A stretch of 64,000 nt of DNA, taken from positions 4,851,617-4,915,616 of the forward strand of contig OZ242323.1 of NCBI GenBank assembly GCA_965208165.1, given 5' to 3'. A program made the translations under genes and the position numbers. The stretch comes from Vicinamibacterales bacterium (lineage in GTDB: Bacteria; Acidobacteriota; Vicinamibacteria; Vicinamibacterales; UBA8438). The notes beneath the pieces were generated by a model. That model saw only the letters and a program-made list of their open reading frames with translations, did not search any database and had not been told where the DNA came from. Shown here in pieces: positions 60,350-64,000 of this stretch. Position 1 is the first letter of the stretch. Every line of letters starts with the position of its first letter.

Positions 60350-61928
60350 GCTGCTGGCGCAGAACGTGGTCGCGCACTGGATGCAGGCCGCTGGCGTGGC
60401 CGGGGTCGCTTGGCTCGGGGTTTCCGTCCTGCGGCTTCGCGAGCCCGGCTTCCTGCTGAAGTACTGGCAGGCGGTGCTCCTCGTCCTGCTGCTCGTGCCG
60501 TGGCTCCAGCCCTGGCAGCCGGCCGCGGCGACACCCGCCCACGGACCGCCCCTGGTCGGACCGGAGCGGGAGTCCGCGGCGACACCCGCCCACGGACCGC
60601 CCCTGGTCGGACCGGAACGGGAGCCCGCGGGCGTCGCCGGTGTCTCGTTTGCCGAGAGCGTCGTCGCCCTGCCCGCCGAACGGTGGAGCGTCGAGCCGTG
60701 GACGTGGGTTCTGGGGATCCTGGCCGTAGTAGCCGTCTTCCGGCTGGCACGGCTCGGGCTGGGCCTCGTGCGGCTCGGCCGTCTCGCCCGCTCGACCGAC
60801 CGGGTCTCGCCGCCGGCGCCGGCGCGGGAGCTCCTGGCGCGGTTCCCGACGTCGGTCACCTTCGTTCATCCGCCGGATGTCCGGATGCCCTGCAGCTTCG
60901 GGCTGTTCCGCCCGACGGTGGTGCTGCCGGCCGCCTTCGACCGGCTCGAGCCGGCGTTCCAGCGCGGCATCGTCTGCCACGAGCTGCTGCACCTCGAACG
61001 GCGCGACTTCGCCGCGGCGGTGGCCGAGGAGGTGGCGGCGGCGCTGCTGTGGTTCCACCCCTGGGCGTGGCTGATCCGCGGGCGCATCCGCCTGCACCGG
61101 GAGCAGGTCGTCGATGCCGCGGTCGTGCGCCGCACGGGCGATCGGCGCGCCTACGTGCGGTGTCTGATCGCGCTGGCGGGGCACCCGCGTGCGTTGTCCC
61201 TCGCGGCGCCGATGCTGCGGCCGACGGAGCTGCGCGCCAGGGCCGATGCCTTGTTCGAGAAGGATCGAACGATGTCCAGACGAGTGTCGGCGGCGCTCGC
61301 GATTGGGCTGGGAGCGGCACTGGGTGCGACGGTCTGGATATCCGCGGCGACGGTTCCGCTGAGCGCCGCCGCGACGCGGACTCCACGGGACGCGGCCGCG
61401 CGGGGGCCGGCGCCGCAGGCGACGGGCGCCGGTCAGCCGGCGACCGGGGTGACGATTGCGATGGTCGCCGCCGCGCGGGGGTCGGCGCCACAGGCGCCGG
61501 GCGTCGGTCAGCCGCCAACCGGGGTGACGATTGCGCTGATTGGCGGCGCGCGGGGGCCGGCGCCGCGGGCGACGGGCGACGGGCGGCCGGCGACCTCCGC
61601 CTCCGGTCGTCGCCAACCTCGATCGACCGGCGCGGGCCAAGCGAGGCGGCGGACGGCGGCAGTCCTGCAAGAGCTGCAACAGACGGTTGCGGCCATGTCC
61701 GACCGGTTGCGGAACGACGAAACGGCGGGCGAACTGGTGCCACAGGTCACCGAGATGCGGCAACGACTCGCCGAGCTGAACGAGCGGCTGCCAGGCCACT
61801 GGCTCGGGGTCAGCATTTTCCCCTCCGGCACCGCGACGAGCGAGGAGCGCGTCGGCGTGAGCCGCGAGCGCGTGCGGAAGGCGACGCTGGCGGATCCGAC
61901 GCGGAAGATGCCGCGCGCGGAGCGATGA
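60339..61928 (+). CDS. BlaR1-like M56 family membrane metalloprotease / signal transducer (no penicillin-binding sensor seen)
   Basis: TM N-terminus. HExxH in IVCHELLHLERRDF, then WFHPWAW. Internal in-frame tandem repeats (51 bp x2 at 60525-60626; 75 bp x about 2.7 at 61398-61600). The C-terminus is coiled-coil-like, not a transpeptidase-like domain. Confidence 0.85.
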   Translation: MTAELLAQNVVAHWMQAAGVAGVAWLGVSVLRLREPGFLLKYWQAVLLVLLLVPWLQPWQPAAATPAHGPPLVGPERESAATPAHGPPLVGPEREPAGVAGVSFAESVVALPAERWSVEPWTWVLGILAVVAVFRLARLGLGLVRLGRLARSTDRVSPPAPARELLARFPTSVTFVHPPDVRMPCSFGLFRPTVVLPAAFDRLEPAFQRGIVCHELLHLERRDFAAAVAEEVAAALLWFHPWAWLIRGRIRLHREQVVDAAVVRRTGDRRAYVRCLIALAGHPRALSLAAPMLRPTELRARADALFEKDRTMSRRVSAALAIGLGAALGATVWISAATVPLSAAATRTPRDAAARGPAPQATGAGQPATGVTIAMVAAARGSAPQAPGVGQPPTGVTIALIGGARGPAPRATGDGRPATSASGRRQPRSTGAGQARRRTAAVLQELQQTVAAMSDRLRNDETAGELVPQVTEMRQRLAELNERLPGHWLGVSIFPSGTATSEERVGVSRERVRKATLADPTRKMPRAER

Positions 61929-61966
61929 CGGCCGCAAGGTATCGGGAATCGCGTGAAGGAGAAACC

Positions 61967-62850
61967 ATGACACCGTCGTTTCGTCCAGCCCCGCGACGTG
62001 ACTCGTGGCTCGCACGCCGACTGACGCAACGCGTCCTCCCGCGGGACTCGGCCACGGGGTCACGAGCATTCGCGTTCAGGACGGCGGCCGCGTTGGCGCT
62101 GACGCTGGGGATGACCGGTTGCGAGGCGACGAGCCAGCCACCGGAAGGGGCGACCGGCCAGCCACCCGAAGAGGCGACCGGCCAACCACCCGAAGACGTC
62201 CAGCCCGAGGAACGCGAGGACGACGACCGCCGGCTGCGCAGTCTGCCGGCCTTCCGCGCCCTCGACACCGACGGCGACGGCGACATCTCGGCCGGCGAGA
62301 TCGACGCGGCCCCCGAATCGCTCGCCTCTTTCGACGCCGACGGCGACGGACGGCTCTCGGCCGACGAGCTGCGGCCCCAACCCGGCGGCCCGCGCGTCTT
62401 CTTCGGCAGTCCGGCGAACCTCCCCGAGGGGAGTCAGGTCATGACGTTGGGCGCCGACGAGGAGCTGGATATCGCGGATCTGCCGCCGCAGCTCCGCGGA
62501 GCCTCCTGGCTCCCGCCGACGGCGACGGGGACGGCACGGCTTCAGGGATGGAGCTCCTCGCCGCGATGATGGCCGCGCAGGGCGAGTCGGGAGATGGGGA
62601 GCCCGGAAGCGCAGAAGGGCCGGAAGCGCCGTCGCAGGAATCCGGAACCGGTGGCGAGGCCCCGCAGGGACGGGTACCCCTCATGGCCACGCTCGACGCG
62701 AATCAGGACGGCACGGTCTCGGAGACGGAGATCGAATCGGCGGCGCAGTCGTTGCGCACGCTCGACACCGACGGCGACGGGCGCATCTCGCCAGAAGAGC
62801 TTCAGCCCGTCTCGAGCGGCGGTTCCAGCGACAACGATCTGCCCGAGTGA
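61967..62850 (+). pseudogene. EF-hand calcium-binding lipoprotein gene, apparently disrupted by a -1 frameshift (or assembly indel)
   Basis: ATG at 61967 after GAAGGAGA. Lipobox LTLGMTGC. EF-hand loops DTDGDGDISAGE and DADGDGRLSADE lie in frame A, which stops at 62569. Three more EF-hand loops (DGDGDGTASGME, DANQDGTVSETE, DTDGDGRISPEE) continue in frame B to 62850. Confidence 0.6.
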
Positions 62851-62979
62851 CGCGGCGGCGGGCCGTCCCGCCCTCTACCCTCGACGCGCGGCCGCCGGTG
62901 GCCGCCAGTGCAGAGCGAGAGCTGATCCCAGCTCCGTCGCGGGACCGGCTCGCGACGAAACGCCGGCGTGGCATCAAGC

Positions 62980-64000
62980 ATGGATACGCTGCTTCGGGAT
63001 GTCCGCTCCGCGGCGCGGCGGCTCGCCGCCCAGCGCGGATTCACCCTCGCCGTACTCCTCGCCCTCACCCTCGGCATCGGCGCCAACACTGCGATGTTCA
63101 GCGTCGTCCACGCTCTGCTCCTGCGGCCCCTGCCCTATCCGGACCCCGAGCGCATCGTGCGGGTGGGAGAGTCGATGAGCGATCGCAGAGGAATGCTCAC
63201 GAATCGGTCGATGCCCCTCCTCCAGGACGCCGAGGCGTTCGAGCACCTCGCGGCCTACCGCGAGATCTCGCGGCAGTGGGCGGGGCCGGACGGCTCGGTC
63301 ACCCTGCGCGGCGCCACCGTCTCGCCGGCGCTGTTCCCCCTGCTGCGGGCGACACCCCACCTCGGGCGGCTCTTCACCGAGGGCGAGGCGCGAGAGGGAG
63401 CGGACGGGGTCGTGCTGCTGAGTCACCGCGCCTGGACCAGCCACTTCGGATCGGATCCGGGCATCGTGGGGGCCGTCCTGGCTCTCGACGGCGATCCGCA
63501 CACCGTGGTCGGCGTGCTGCCCGAGGGTTTCCATTTCCCACACCCCGACAGCGAGCTCTGGACACCCTTCGTCGTTCCGCCGTTCACGCCGCCGGCGGCA
63601 GCGGACGCGGGGCAACCGCGCATGACGGTCATGATGGCCTTCGACGCCCTTGGGCGCCTCGCGCCGGGGGTGTCGCCGGAACAGGCGGCGGCCGAGGCCA
63701 GCACTCGCCTGCAGAGCGCCAGCGAGTTTCCCGTAATGGCCATCGGCGGCGGACGGGAGGGGGAAGGGCCGTCCGAGAACGCAGTGCGGGTGGCGCCGTT
63801 GCTGGAAGAGATGGTCGGCGCGTATCGGCCGGCGCTCCTGGCCCTGACTCTGGCGACCGCCCTCGTGCTGCTGATGGCCTGCATCAACGTGGCGGGGCTG
63901 CTGCTGGCGCGGGGGGTTGCGCGCCAGCGGGCGCTGGCGGTGTGCGCCGCGCTCGGCGCGAGCCGCTGGCGCCTCGTCCGCCAACTGCTGACCGAGAGCG
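62980..64000 (+). CDS. ADOP-type / MacB-like FtsX permease, N-terminal part (3' end outside window)
   Basis: Not in the ORF track because the frame stays open to the window edge. MDTLLRDVRSAARRLAAQRGFTLAVLLALTLGIGANTAMFSVVHALLLRPLPYPDPERIVRV... then MacB-like periplasmic domain and start of FtsX TM (LMACINVAGLLLARG). Confidence 0.85.
   Translation, partial: MDTLLRDVRSAARRLAAQRGFTLAVLLALTLGIGANTAMFSVVHALLLRPLPYPDPERIVRVGESMSDRRGMLTNRSMPLLQDAEAFEHLAAYREISRQWAGPDGSVTLRGATVSPALFPLLRATPHLGRLFTEGEAREGADGVVLLSHRAWTSHFGSDPGIVGAVLALDGDPHTVVGVLPEGFHFPHPDSELWTPFVVPPFTPPAAADAGQPRMTVMMAFDALGRLAPGVSPEQAAAEASTRLQSASEFPVMAIGGGREGEGPSENAVRVAPLLEEMVGAYRPALLALTLATALVLLMACINVAGLLLARGVARQRALAVCAALGASRWRLVRQLLTES

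Overview
Very GC-rich bacterial chromosomal segment. The gene content suggests Acidobacteriota, but that is an inference. It rests on PadR plus ADOP-type duplicated FtsX permeases, a CarboxypepD_reg-type TonB-dependent receptor, acidobacterial VWFA-related proteins, a DUF1592/DUF1552 pair and a CRTAC1/ASPIC-UnbV protein. I support about 45 CDS. Recognisable housekeeping genes are ettA, dinB, rsgA, queG, yqgE/algH and a TAXI-TRAP transporter. I saw no rRNA, tRNA, CRISPR array, transposase or integrase. Many long ORFs in the six-frame track are antisense or read-through artefacts of the high GC content, so several genes were trimmed to internal starts. Main observations: (1) A visibly lower-GC islet at about 48.1-51.1 kb carries a two-gene cassette: an SMC/ABC-type (AAA_21-like) ATPase followed 18 nt later by a small DUF4276/Toprim-like protein. 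The architecture parallels OLD, PARIS, Septu and Gabija defence modules, and I am not aware of any characterisation of this pairing. (2) A family of palindromic ~76-bp REP/MITE-like repeats, plus derived tandem arrays, fills at least 10 intergenic loci. The TAG-containing ends of these repeats repeatedly supply the stop codons of flanking genes. (3) Accessory modules are present: vapBC, an orphan AbrB-type antitoxin, two orphan AAA+ ATPases (DUF234-type and DUF4143-type), and a class II Fic protein flanked by AT-rich direct repeats. Also present are a BlaI/BlaR1-like pair with in-frame tandem repeats, and an EF-hand lipoprotein gene with an apparent frameshift. (4) A translationally coupled DUF1592-DUF1552-fused membrane/spermidine-synthase-like operon. 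All functional calls come from motif recognition by eye. No searches were run.
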